Below, one piece after another: positions 19,046 to 28,482 of a stretch of DNA of 64,000 bases; within the stretch, counting starts at the first letter, position 1, and every line of letters begins with the position of its first letter. A program made the translations under genes and the position numbers. Source of the stretch: an uncultured Alphaproteobacteria bacterium (GTDB lineage: Bacteria; Pseudomonadota; Alphaproteobacteria; RF32; CAG-239); contig CALXZL010000003.1 of NCBI GenBank assembly GCA_944393215.1, positions 87,238-151,237 on the forward strand, given 5' to 3'. Below the pieces are notes generated by a model. It saw only the letters and a list, made by a program, of their open reading frames with translations, had not been told where the DNA came from and did not search any database.

Positions 19046-19840
19046 GCCCAAAGCACGACCTCTCAAATCAGTGATGAGGAAATTAAGAATATTTTATTAA
19101 ATGGAACACCAGAAGATTTGAAAAATCTTTTGAATAAAAAAATTGATGTAAACATTGATTATAACTGTTCGACTTTGCTTAATTTAGCAATTCGTAGTCT
19201 TGTTGCAAATCAAAGTCCAACGGCAACCTCTGAAGATGCTTTAGAAAAAGTGAATATGCTTATCAAGGCTGGTGCTGATGTAAATTTAAATACTTGTGGA
19301 TTAACGCCTTTAGCGACATTAGTTGGGTTGCCGCATATGGCAAGACAGATGGTAAATGTATATGTAAACACAATCATGGCAAATATGGATTATTCTACAG
19401 ATATTTGTCATGTAAATGGCAGAGCAAAAGTATGTAAGGATACAACAACTGCAGAAAGAGCTCAGATGAAAGCTGAGATTATTCAAATATTTAAAGAAGA
19501 AATTCAAAAAAATGAACCCTATTATACTCAAATTGCCGATATATTGTTACAACATGGAGCTGATATTAATAAAAAATCTAATGGCATCGCACCTTTGCAT
19601 TTTGCAGCAAATGTTCCTCATGGTGAAAATCCAATATTTTTAAAATATCTTTTGGCAAAGGGTGCAGATGTAAATATTCGTGATTTTCAAGGAAGCACAC
19701 CGTTATTTGTTGCCAATTTTGCAGATAATAAAGAAGTAATAGATTTATTAATCCAAAATGGAGCAGATGTTAATATCCGTAATAATAAAGGAGTTTTATA
19801 TAAAGATTTTAAAACAGGAGAATATTATAACTTTGATTAG
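18980..19840 (+). CDS. Secreted ankyrin-repeat protein (second paralog, same signal peptide)
   Basis: 286 aa. The signal peptide is identical to that of the 4378 ORF. Ankyrin repeats are present (..GADVNIRDFQGSTPLFVA.., ..NGADVNIRNNKG..). Confidence 0.8.
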   Translation: MRKIISFLFLLMGFLLNVEVSYAQSTTSQISDEEIKNILLNGTPEDLKNLLNKKIDVNIDYNCSTLLNLAIRSLVANQSPTATSEDALEKVNMLIKAGADVNLNTCGLTPLATLVGLPHMARQMVNVYVNTIMANMDYSTDICHVNGRAKVCKDTTTAERAQMKAEIIQIFKEEIQKNEPYYTQIADILLQHGADINKKSNGIAPLHFAANVPHGENPIFLKYLLAKGADVNIRDFQGSTPLFVANFADNKEVIDLLIQNGADVNIRNNKGVLYKDFKTGEYYNFD

Positions 19841-19852
19841 AATCTTATCACA

Positions 19853-19886
19853 AAAAAAGCCTCCGCAATGGGAGGCCTTTTTTGTG
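19853..19886 (+). terminator. Intrinsic terminator
   Basis: aaagcctccgcaatgggaggcttttttg, a GC hairpin followed by a T-run. Confidence 0.7.
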
Positions 19887-19887
19887 A

Positions 19888-19934
19888 TGGTGCCGACACA
19901 CGGACTCGAACCGCGGACCCACTGATTACAAATC
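19888..19934 (-). other. 47-nt duplicate of the 3' part of tRNA-Thr (anticodon loop to CCA end); attR-like island boundary
   Basis: tggtgccgacacacggactcgaaccgcggacccactgattacaaatc is identical to 22469-22515. Confidence 0.8.
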
Positions 19935-20462
19935 GACTGCGCTTATAAAGTATTATCTTTATAAATCAATATGTTAATCTTAAAATTTTAGCGATTTTTT
20001 TGCCGAGCTACCACCGAGCTACCACACTAAAACAAGCTACCACCAGCTTGTTACAGGGAAATAGAATTGTTAAAGGAATCTTTTTTATCTTCAAAAATGT
20101 AATCATAAAAATATACCCACTAATTGTGCTTAATATTCCAAAACTAATGAAACATCAGAGGCCTAGTGGGTCTGTTATCTATATATGTAAGCTAAAATAT
20201 ATTAAAAGTCAATATATTTTAGCACAATGTTTAAAACTTTTTTGCAATAGCATATTGAAGAAAAAGAGACTTTTAATGTATTGATAGTGTATCTTAATAT
20301 ATTAAATTACACTAAGCTTTATAAATTATGTTTTAATACATTAGCTTTAACAGCTATTACATGGCCAAATTGTATTCTTATAATATTTAGTTGTTGAAAA
20401 AATATAAATAAAATTTATCATTGCGTATAATTTTAATCCATAAAACCTTTTAGGAGTTTTGT

Positions 20463-20759
20463 ATGTTTATAAAATCAATAACATTGTCAAATTTTCAGTG
20501 TTTTTCAGAAATCCCTGTGACAATAGAATTAGAAGAAGATATTACTTGTCTTATTGGAAATAATGGTGCAGGTAAAACTTCTGTTTTAAAAGCTCTTCAA
20601 AGATTATTTGGACGCACAGCAGAAGAAAGAAAAATTGTAAAGTCAGATTTTCATACCGTTTTATATGAAACAGATATAAAGAATAAACTCGCTTCAAACT
20701 GTTGTGTAAACCTTGCATCCTGTTCAATTAAGCCAATTCCGCCCAAAAGCGTAATATAA
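20463..20759 (+). pseudogene. N-terminal fragment of an OLD-family / AAA_15-type ATPase (defense-system-type ATPase), truncated
   Basis: IKSITLSNFQCFSEIPVTIELEEDITCLIGNNGAGKTSVLKALQRLFG is a typical Walker-A N-terminus of OLD/Gabija/PARIS-like ATPases. The reading frame degenerates after ~75 aa. Confidence 0.45.
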
Positions 20760-21182
20760 AACCATTCGCCGCCTTCTTGGGCATAATATTTGTACCATGC
20801 CTCAAATACGGCAAATTGCTCTAAATTAAATATCCATTTTACGGTTATTCGGCTCGGAGTTTGCGTATATCGCCGCCTTTGACGTGCCGGTCCGGCTTCC
20901 ATTTCGGTTCTAACGATTGCTTCTCCGGGTTTTATCGCATAACCTTGAACTGTTGGATATGGTAATGTTTTAGGGAATCGAAGCGACAGCGAAGATGACG
21001 CCGCAGGCGGTTCCGAAGGAACGAGGCGCGGTTGCGCCGAAGCCAAATTTATTGTCATATTTCCTCCATAAAAAAAGAGCCTTTCAAAGGCTCTTTAATT
21101 TGTCTGTGTAATAAATATTTTGATGTTGTGATATTATTGGTTATGTATTTTACTTTATTTTTAAGCTTTTAAAATACAAAAA

Positions 21183-21210
21183 GGTGTCAAAAAGACACCT
21201 TTTCATAAAA
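21183..21210 (-). terminator. Intrinsic terminator for the 21220-21930 gene
   Basis: On the minus strand, aaggtgtctttttgacacctt followed by a T-rich tract. Confidence 0.5.
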
Positions 21211-21219
21211 GAGATTGAT

Positions 21220-21930
21220 TTATATTACCATTTTAGGACCTTTGGCTGGTGTATTTAGGGCTTCCATAAACGCCACTAAATTATATTTTTCAAGGGCTTC
21301 ATTGGTATAAGGGGCGCAAAGAGCTTTAACTCCTTGTTCGGTAAGTTTGTATTCTCCATTTTGCTCTTCGTAAAAATTGTATCGAAACATAAAATCACGA
21401 TGTTCTTGCGGTACAATATTATTAAAAGCATCTGCGTGATTCTGCTTATCTTTTATCATTCTCAGGAAAACTTTAATTTCACTGATAAATTGGTCTTCCT
21501 TACGATTTAAGATATAAAAGAAGTCTTTTGGCAATTCGCTACGCAAACTAAGACTATCACACAATTTGACCATGATAGCACGGGTACGATAGTTATTTTT
21601 ATTAGCGTATTCCTGTTGGAATTTTTCGATTAGAGAAGGACTCTTAAGTGTATTAATACGAGCACTCATAGCCTTCCAAAAACGCAAGCGTAGCGGATAT
21701 TCAGGTTTGTTTGAATAAAAATCCAAATACTTTTCTATCAAGTCATTGACCTGACAGATTGCAAAAAAATACTGACGAATGCTATCTTCAACATTTTTTC
21801 CGCTTTCAAAGTTTGCCCATAGTAAATCAATGTCTTGACGGTCAAGCAATTCATTGCTTGGAGAAAATCTATCCTCGTTCATAATTGTAAATTTTTTAAT
21901 GGTTAATAATAATAAAAATTTTCGCTTCAT
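21220..21930 (-). CDS. Hypothetical protein (island cargo)
   Basis: 236-aa ORF with no recognisable motifs. It lies in the decayed tRNA-Thr island. Confidence 0.45.
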   Translation of the reverse strand: MKRKFLLLLTIKKFTIMNEDRFSPSNELLDRQDIDLLWANFESGKNVEDSIRQYFFAICQVNDLIEKYLDFYSNKPEYPLRLRFWKAMSARINTLKSPSLIEKFQQEYANKNNYRTRAIMVKLCDSLSLRSELPKDFFYILNRKEDQFISEIKVFLRMIKDKQNHADAFNNIVPQEHRDFMFRYNFYEEQNGEYKLTEQGVKALCAPYTNEALEKYNLVAFMEALNTPAKGPKMVI

Positions 21931-22049
21931 TCTACCACAAAATTAATTTAAGTCTAGTAATTTTTGATAAAATTATTACTTTTTTCATCTTGTTATATCT
22001 TCATTATCCATACTTCTCCTCAAATTTATTTAATAAATAAAAAGTCAAT

Positions 22050-22178
22050 CTATCTGTAACTCCCATAAGCTGGAATAACTTTTAAGGCAAAACCTTTTAC
22101 CATGTCGTCCCAAATATAATAAATCTTTTCTTTGATTTCAGCATTGTTAATAACTGTAGTGGTTAAAACTGTCATCAT
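22050..22178 (-). pseudogene. Integrase N-terminal arm-binding-domain fragment (P4-like / DUF4102-type), 42 codons
   Basis: MMTVLTTTVINNAEIKEKIYYIWDDMVKGFALKVIPAYGSYR* matches the conserved LTDxxIKN..K.KxYxxxDG.GLxLxVxPxG.K.W motif of tyrosine integrase N-termini. It lies ~290 bp from the tRNA-Thr 3' end. Confidence 0.5.
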
Positions 22179-22440
22179 TTTTCTCCATAAAATAAATTAA
22201 CCTTTCGTTAATATTCTAGCTTATGGGTGGGCTGAAGCAAGCTCTTTTTTAGTAAAATCAATAACTTACATCTAAAAACAGCTTAATCCATAAAAATATG
22301 TTGATAAAATTGACGTATAGTAACTTATTGAATTTTAATGATAATTTTGAGTTAGTGGTAGCTCGGTGGTAGCTTGAGCTATAAAAAGGGGATAAAAACG
22401 CTATTTTTGAGTTGAATTTAATAGGCTAAATAAAAGAAAA

Positions 22441-22466
22441 AGCCCTTGAAATTCAAGGGCTTGGAA
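22441..22466 (-). terminator. Intrinsic terminator downstream of tRNA-Thr
   Basis: On the minus strand, ccaagcccttgaatttcaagggctttttctttt. Confidence 0.6.
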
Positions 22467-22468
22467 AC

Positions 22469-22544
22469 TGGTGCCGACACACGGACTCGAACCGCGGACC
22501 CACTGATTACAAATCAGTAGCTCTACCAACTGAGCTATGTCGGC
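22469..22544 (-). tRNA. tRNA-Thr (anticodon UGU)
   Basis: The reverse complement GCCGACATAGCTCAGTTGGTAGAGCTACTGATTTGTAATCAGTGGGTCCGCGGTTCGAGTCCGTGTGTCGGCACCA folds as a cloverleaf. The acceptor stem is GCCGACA/TGTCGGC, the anticodon loop is TTTGTAA, and the 3' CCA is encoded. Confidence 0.85.
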
Positions 22545-22742
22545 ATAAAAAAACTAAAATTTTTCAAATCAACTTCATACAAATAAATACAATAATTCTT
22601 AAATCGAGCTACCACCGAGCTACCACGCTCATTACTGTTAGCACCATTTAATGACTCCAACATACAGCTCAAATTTAGTACATCATATTGTTTATAAAAG
22701 AAAATCGTTTAAAATCAACCTTTTATAAACATGACTTGCAAC

Positions 22743-22784
22743 GATTACAAATCAGTAGCTCTACCAACTGAGCTATGTCGGCAT
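22743..22784 (-). other. 42-nt duplicate of the 5' part of tRNA-Thr (5' end through the anticodon loop)
   Basis: gattacaaatcagtagctctaccaactgagctatgtcggcat is identical to 22505-22546. It overlaps the 3'-half duplicate by the 11-nt core gattacaaatc. Confidence 0.75.
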
Positions 22785-22921
22785 CAACGAAAGAGTTTAT
22801 AACTTATCATTTTTTCTTTGTCAATATGATTTTTTGAACATATTTCAATTCTTTCTTCTCAAAATGAAAAAATGGTGGTAAAACTGCCTTAATCCTACAA
22901 TCTTTTTACGGAGGCATTTTC

Positions 22922-24784
22922 ATGAAAAAGTTTTTGTTTTTGTTATTCAAAATTATTGCTCCTGTAATTGTGATTGTCGGAGGCTACATTCTTTATGACT
23001 TGTATTTTTCTTGTTTTCAAAATCAAGAAAAAATAGGAGCTCCGTTGCGTCGATTATCTCCTGATGAACAGCAGTTTATTTCTCAACAATCACAAAAAAT
23101 AGCGCAACTGCCGCGTCGACACTTTATTGAAATGTCTAATGGTAAAGAAGTGTTGGAAGATGAGTTTACAAAAGTGTTGGTTTTGGATGTTCTTGGTGAC
23201 GGGGTTTCTTTTTGTGGTTTGTCTTCGGTTCAGAAGTGCTTTCGCAGACAATTTTTTGATTTTGATCAGGATGATATTGCCGAGCAAATGCCGATTTTGG
23301 GCAAAGATGATTTGATTTTGGCTTGGAACGAAACATCCGATACTTTAAAAAACGGAGCGCCTGTTATCGGAACTTATTTTGCCGAATTACCCTTGAAGGA
23401 GCAACAGAGTTCTTTTGATATTTTGCGGAATCTGTCGAGCAAAAAAAATTCATTATTAAAATTGTCTTTTTGGAATTTTAGCAGACATGACGGCATAAAA
23501 AAAGAAAATTTGAAGAATATTAAAAAAATTGATATAACCGTTCATCCTCATCAAAAAAAAGATATTTCAGATAATATTATCGGAGATTATGTCGAAGCGG
23601 AATTTATCAACGGGAAAAAATCGCGTATTTATGAAGTATGGCTGAAAAATAATCCGATGGTTTTGCGAAAATCAACCGGAAATTATAGTCCTGCCGTTAG
23701 GGATATTCCCGATGTAGCAGGGGTAGGGAAACTTCCTCCTCTTCGTGATGCCGTTGATCAAGACAAATCCGGAAATTTGGCTTTCTTAGTGCGTTCTTAT
23801 CTGCATGAGAAAAATGCCGTAAAACGTTTGAATTTGCTTAATCAGATTATATATGCTTGGGCAAATGTTGCAGATGTGCCGTTGCAGAGCAGAACTTCCG
23901 AGCAAGGTTGGAATTATATCGGAGATGCTCGTAAGCTTGCCGCTTTGGAGGTGATGTTAAATCAACCTTACCAAGGAACAATCAGCGGGGATGAAATTTC
24001 TCCTAATCCGACCAGAAAAGCTTCTCCTTATATTTGGAAAGCTTATGATGATTTTTATTTCCATTTACAAAATGTTTTGGATGAAGATAGTTTTTTGCGT
24101 CCGCTCTATGAAAATCTTAGTATTAGTTCTAATTCCAAAACAAAAAAATGGGAGGCTGATTTTGAAAACATTGGTATTTTTAAGAAAATGGTTGAAGTTT
24201 ACTATCTGCAAAACGGTGCTTTCGAAACAAAAATGATGCTTTGGAGTTTTTACAGAAATTGGGCTATGCCTCAAAATCCTTTTGTTAAGTTTTATCCCGT
24301 TGATAGAATAAAATCTATCGGGCATATCATTGATGATATAGATTTGAAAAATATTGAAACTATGGTTTATGAGGGAACGGCTCACAATGATACGTTGCAT
24401 GGAAAAAACTCCGAAGATAATATCTTCCTCCCTCTGACCGGAGATGATGTTCTTTATGGCGGTAACGGTGATGATGTTTACTTATATCGTCCTTATGACG
24501 GCTTTGATACGATTTTTGATAAAGGCGGAAAGAATTATCTTATTCATATGGGGCCGCTTAATAAAGTTACCGCAGAGTTAGGGGGTAAAGATTTATTGCT
24601 TTTCTTTAATTATGTTGTGCCGCAAAACGGAATTGATGTTGACAAGAATAGGCACGGCATGCGTATCAAAAATTATACTTCGGGAAAAAAGTTCTTTTTG
24701 CAAACGTCTTCACTGCCTTTGTCCTTACCTGACGGTAGAATTGCTTATGTTATTGACGCTTTGTTAAGACTCTTAACGTTATAA
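22922..24784 (+). CDS. RTX-family paralog with N-terminal TM anchor, a central domain homologous to the giant RTX protein (residues ~390-520), and a short C-terminal RTX-repeat block
   Basis: 620 aa. The N-terminal hydrophobic helix is KKFLFLLFKIIAPVIVIVGGYILY. The central LNQIIYAWANVADVPLQ...NPTRKASPYIWKAYDDF matches LYNIIYHWTGVQDMPID...NPHGKAAPYILRAFDIL of the giant RTX protein. The C-terminal TGDDVLYGGNGDDVYLYRPYDGFDTIFDKGG is a beta-roll repeat. Confidence 0.7.
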   Translation: MKKFLFLLFKIIAPVIVIVGGYILYDLYFSCFQNQEKIGAPLRRLSPDEQQFISQQSQKIAQLPRRHFIEMSNGKEVLEDEFTKVLVLDVLGDGVSFCGLSSVQKCFRRQFFDFDQDDIAEQMPILGKDDLILAWNETSDTLKNGAPVIGTYFAELPLKEQQSSFDILRNLSSKKNSLLKLSFWNFSRHDGIKKENLKNIKKIDITVHPHQKKDISDNIIGDYVEAEFINGKKSRIYEVWLKNNPMVLRKSTGNYSPAVRDIPDVAGVGKLPPLRDAVDQDKSGNLAFLVRSYLHEKNAVKRLNLLNQIIYAWANVADVPLQSRTSEQGWNYIGDARKLAALEVMLNQPYQGTISGDEISPNPTRKASPYIWKAYDDFYFHLQNVLDEDSFLRPLYENLSISSNSKTKKWEADFENIGIFKKMVEVYYLQNGAFETKMMLWSFYRNWAMPQNPFVKFYPVDRIKSIGHIIDDIDLKNIETMVYEGTAHNDTLHGKNSEDNIFLPLTGDDVLYGGNGDDVYLYRPYDGFDTIFDKGGKNYLIHMGPLNKVTAELGGKDLLLFFNYVVPQNGIDVDKNRHGMRIKNYTSGKKFFLQTSSLPLSLPDGRIAYVIDALLRLLTL

Positions 24785-24805
24785 ATTCAATTAAGGAGAA
24801 AAAAA

Positions 24806-25159
24806 TTGAATTTGCATAATCATAATCAAAATGCCGAAAAGATGATTGAAAAAATGCCCGAAAATAAAGATTTTGAAAAAGTTTCGGCTCTTTTCCAACT
24901 CATCAGCGATCCGACACGCCTTAAAATTATGTGGCTTTTGTGCCATTGCGAAGAATGTGTCAATGATATTGCCTGTGCCGTCAACATGAGTGCGCCGGCA
25001 GTTTCTCACCACCTGCGTTTGCTCAAACAAGCTGGACTCTTATCCAGCCGCCGCGAGGGCAAGGAAATGTATTACAAACTCTCCGAAGAGGCGCAAGCGC
25101 AACTCTTACACCGCTCCATTGATGATATTTTTGATATTCAGTGTCCGATAAATAATTAA
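24806..25159 (+). CDS. cadC: ArsR/SmtB-family metal-responsive repressor (CadC-like)
   Basis: 117 aa with a TTG start and an AAGGAG RBS. The HTH and metal-site cysteines lie in CHCEECVNDIACAVNMSAPAVSHHLRLLKQAGLL. It sits upstream of the HMA and P-type ATPase genes. Confidence 0.75.
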   Translation: MNLHNHNQNAEKMIEKMPENKDFEKVSALFQLISDPTRLKIMWLLCHCEECVNDIACAVNMSAPAVSHHLRLLKQAGLLSSRREGKEMYYKLSEEAQAQLLHRSIDDIFDIQCPINN

Positions 25160-25227
25160 ATGATTGTTTAATTGTTCTTGACAAGATTGTTTTTTATGGT
25201 ACAATTAAACATATATTTAATTGTTTA

Positions 25228-25458
25228 ATGGAGAGAGCCATGTTAAAGACTTATAAATTGGAGAATTTGGATTGCGCGCATTGTGCCGCCAAACTCGAAT
25301 CCGCTTTTAATGAAATTGAGGGTGTGATTAAAGCATCCGTTAACTTTATGGCACAAAAATTGGTGCTTGAAATGGAAGATGAAAAAGTTGATGCCGTGCT
25401 GAAGGAAGTGGAAAAAGTCAAAAACAAAATTGAACCCGACTGTGAAATCATTTTCTGA
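25228..25458 (+). CDS. Heavy-metal-associated (HMA) domain protein
   Basis: 76 aa with a metal-binding motif LDCAHCAAKLE and a ferredoxin-like fold pattern. Confidence 0.7.
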   Translation: MERAMLKTYKLENLDCAHCAAKLESAFNEIEGVIKASVNFMAQKLVLEMEDEKVDAVLKEVEKVKNKIEPDCEIIF

Positions 25459-25472
25459 TAGGAGAAGGACTT

Positions 25473-27332
25473 ATGACTAAAAAACTCAAGAGAAATCTTA
25501 AACTTATTTTGGTTGCACTCATCTTTTTTATGGTTGGGATGTTGGCTCCTCTGCCCGATATTTATGAAAAAGGTGTTTTTGTCATAAGCTTTTTAATCGT
25601 GGGCTTGCCGGTTTTGAAAAAAGCAGGAGAAAACATTTGGCGTGGGCAGGTTTTTGATGAAAATTTCTTGATGTCTTTGGCAACAATCGGGGCCTTTGCT
25701 TTGCAAGATTTTGCCGAAGCGGCAGCAGTGATGTTGTTTTACCAAGTGGGAGAATTTTTTCAGAGTTATGCGGTTAATCAATCGCGAAAATCGATTGCCG
25801 CGTTGATGGATATTCGTCCCGATTATGCCAATTTGCAAAAAGGCGAGGAGATTGTCAAAGTTTCACCGGAGGAAGTGAAGGTCGGTGATTTGATTGTTAT
25901 TCGTCCCGGAGAGCGCGTTCCGCTGGACGGTGAAATCTTGCAAGGTTTTTCTTCTTTAGACACGGCGGCTTTGACCGGTGAATCTTTACCCAAAGATGTG
26001 GAAAAAGGCGATGAAGTGGTGAGTGGTTGCATTAACCAGACCGGCGTTTTGACCGTGAAAGTCAGTAAAGAATTTGCCAATTCTACTGTTGCCAAAATTT
26101 TGGATTTGGTGGAAAACGCATCCTCAAAAAAAGCCAATTTGGAAAACTTTATTACCCGTTTTGCGAGGTATTATACACCGACCGTGGTGATTATTGCCGT
26201 TTTGCTGGCTTTACTTCCACCAATCTTATTTACTTCCGAAACTTTTTCTGATTGGCTTTATCGCGCGATTACGTTCTTGGTTATTTCTTGCCCGTGTGCG
26301 TTGGTGATTTCCGTACCGCTCAGCTTTTTCGGCGGCTTGGGTGCAGCCTCAAAAGCAGGTATTCTAATCAAGGGCAGTAACTATCTCGAGGCTTTGGCAC
26401 ATGCCGAAACGATAGTTTTTGACAAGACCGGAACGCTGACCAAAGGTAACTTTAAGGTCATGGATATTCACTCTAATAACGGACATCCTGAAAAAGTTTT
26501 GGAAACCGCCGCTTATGCCGAGGCTTTTTCAACGCATCCGATTGCGATTTCTATCAAAGAAGCTTACGGTAAAAAGATTGATGATACCAAAGTTGCCGAT
26601 TTGCAAGAAATTCATGGACAGGGCATGACCTTGAAACTGAAAAACAAAGATATTGCCGTCGGTAATGTCAAGTTGATGCAAAATCTCAAAATCAAATGTC
26701 CGAAAGTTAAAGCTGTCGGTACGGTGATTTTTGTGGCAGTGCAAGGCGAATATATCGGGCATTTGGAGATTGCCGATGAAATTAAAGAAGATGCGGCTTT
26801 GGCTTTGCAAAGCCTGAAGGAAAACGGGGTGGTGCGTACCGTGATGCTGACCGGCGACCGCAAAGAAATTGCCCTCAAAATTGCCGAAGAGTTACGAATT
26901 GATAAGGTTTATGCCGAATTGTTGCCGATTGATAAAGTCAATCAGCTGGAAAAAATTTTAGCGAACAAAGAAAGAGACGGACAGCTCCTTTATGTGGGCG
27001 ACGGGATTAACGATGCGCCGGTGCTGGCTCGTTCGGATGTCGGCATTGCCATGGGCGGCATTGGTTCTGACGCGGCGATTGAAGCCGCCGATGTGGTGAT
27101 TATGACCGATGAACCGTCAAAAATTGCAACGGCTATGAAAATTGCCTCAGGCACGGTGGCAATCGCTCGCCAAAATGTGGTCTTTGCCATAGGGGTTAAA
27201 CTTATCATTTTGGGCTTGGGTGCTTGTGGCTATGCCTCAATTTGGGCAGCGGTGTTTGCCGATGTGGGCGTTGCCGTGATTGCGATCCTTAATGCCATGC
27301 GCGCGTTGTTCTTAGCTCCAAAAAATAATTAA
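25473..27332 (+). CDS. cadA: Cd2+/Zn2+/Pb2+-type P1B heavy-metal-translocating P-type ATPase
   Basis: 619 aa. The CPC motif is SCPCALV, the phosphorylation site is DKTGTLT, the hinge is GDGINDAP, and TGES is present. Confidence 0.9.
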   Translation: MTKKLKRNLKLILVALIFFMVGMLAPLPDIYEKGVFVISFLIVGLPVLKKAGENIWRGQVFDENFLMSLATIGAFALQDFAEAAAVMLFYQVGEFFQSYAVNQSRKSIAALMDIRPDYANLQKGEEIVKVSPEEVKVGDLIVIRPGERVPLDGEILQGFSSLDTAALTGESLPKDVEKGDEVVSGCINQTGVLTVKVSKEFANSTVAKILDLVENASSKKANLENFITRFARYYTPTVVIIAVLLALLPPILFTSETFSDWLYRAITFLVISCPCALVISVPLSFFGGLGAASKAGILIKGSNYLEALAHAETIVFDKTGTLTKGNFKVMDIHSNNGHPEKVLETAAYAEAFSTHPIAISIKEAYGKKIDDTKVADLQEIHGQGMTLKLKNKDIAVGNVKLMQNLKIKCPKVKAVGTVIFVAVQGEYIGHLEIADEIKEDAALALQSLKENGVVRTVMLTGDRKEIALKIAEELRIDKVYAELLPIDKVNQLEKILANKERDGQLLYVGDGINDAPVLARSDVGIAMGGIGSDAAIEAADVVIMTDEPSKIATAMKIASGTVAIARQNVVFAIGVKLIILGLGACGYASIWAAVFADVGVAVIAILNAMRALFLAPKNN

Positions 27333-27379
27333 GAATAAATTTATCATGTTGTGTTTTAATCTCGATAAAGGAGATTAAA

Positions 27380-28372
27380 ATGCGCAAAGTTAATAAAGAA
27401 TTGGCTGATTTGCAAGCAAATTTTTTGCAGTATTATCGGCAAAATTTGGGTGATAAGTTTGAAATATTAGAACCCGTGCGTCGTGATTGCTTGTTCTTTC
27501 TTTTTAAATGGAGCATTATTTTTTTCTTTTTGACCGCTTTTATTGTTTTTTTGTTTGTTGTCGGTTTTCTGCCTTCGGAAATTTTAGACACGGAGTTGTT
27601 TGCTTTTTTAACCTGCGTTTATTTTATTGTGATTTGGATGACGCTTTCTCACCCTTTTTCCGAATATAAGAAAAAAACAAAACGTTTGGTTATGGATAAG
27701 ATTTTAGCTTTTTTCGGCGATTTTTCTTATTCTTCCGTGCGTGCAACTAAGGAGGCGGTTTTGAAGCAATCGGGTTTAATCGGAAAATATGATAATCAAT
27801 ATGCCGATGACTTTTTTATGGGAACTTATCACGGTGTGAAAATGCAGGTTTCCGATGAAAGACTTACGGTAATTATCCGTACTAATAAAGGTTCTTATGA
27901 AAAAACGGTGTTTGACGGCATTATTATTGTTTTGAATATGAATAAGGCTTTTTCGGGGCAAACGGTGGTGCGTTCCGATTGGGGAATGTTTAATTTCTTG
28001 ATGCGTTGTCCTCAATGTAAAATTAAAAATAAACAAGAAAAATTGGAAGGAGTGGTTTTAGAAGATTGTCGTTTTGAAAAGTATTTTGAAACTTTCAGCA
28101 ATAATCAGGTGGAGGCTCGATATGTTTTGACGACGGCTTTTATGGAACGCATTTTGAAAGTGAAAAAACTTTTTCACGGCACCAAAATTGAATTTAGCTT
28201 TTTTGACAATCAGCTTCTTATTCTTGTTCCGACTTCCAAAGATATGTTTGAAACAACGGCTTTGTTTACGCCTTCTGTCAGTTATGGAAAAATGCGCGAG
28301 GTTGTCAGCCAATTTTACAGTATTTTTTCAATTATTGATTTGTTGAAACTAAACCAAAAAATCGGAATGTGA
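27380..28372 (+). CDS. Hypothetical membrane protein
   Basis: 330 aa with two N-terminal TM helices and then a soluble domain. No confident family assignment. Confidence 0.5.
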   Translation: MRKVNKELADLQANFLQYYRQNLGDKFEILEPVRRDCLFFLFKWSIIFFFLTAFIVFLFVVGFLPSEILDTELFAFLTCVYFIVIWMTLSHPFSEYKKKTKRLVMDKILAFFGDFSYSSVRATKEAVLKQSGLIGKYDNQYADDFFMGTYHGVKMQVSDERLTVIIRTNKGSYEKTVFDGIIIVLNMNKAFSGQTVVRSDWGMFNFLMRCPQCKIKNKQEKLEGVVLEDCRFEKYFETFSNNQVEARYVLTTAFMERILKVKKLFHGTKIEFSFFDNQLLILVPTSKDMFETTALFTPSVSYGKMREVVSQFYSIFSIIDLLKLNQKIGM

Positions 28373-28482
28373 TTTTTACTTGTCGATTTCTGTGGACAAA
28401 CTTTCTTTAATGCTGTTGTTGATTTTATAAGTTGTGTTATTTATATTTTAATTGTTGCAATAATTGTTGAGAAGTTTGAAAA

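Noticed and set aside
20651-21058. 135-aa minus-strand ORF in a GC-rich patch of the tRNA-Thr island
   Set aside because: It overlaps the degenerated 3' part of the ATPase fragment. It has an Ala/Ser/Pro-rich low-complexity N-terminus and no recognisable motif. It is probably a fragment of foreign DNA rather than an intact gene, though it is kept as a remark in the island finding.
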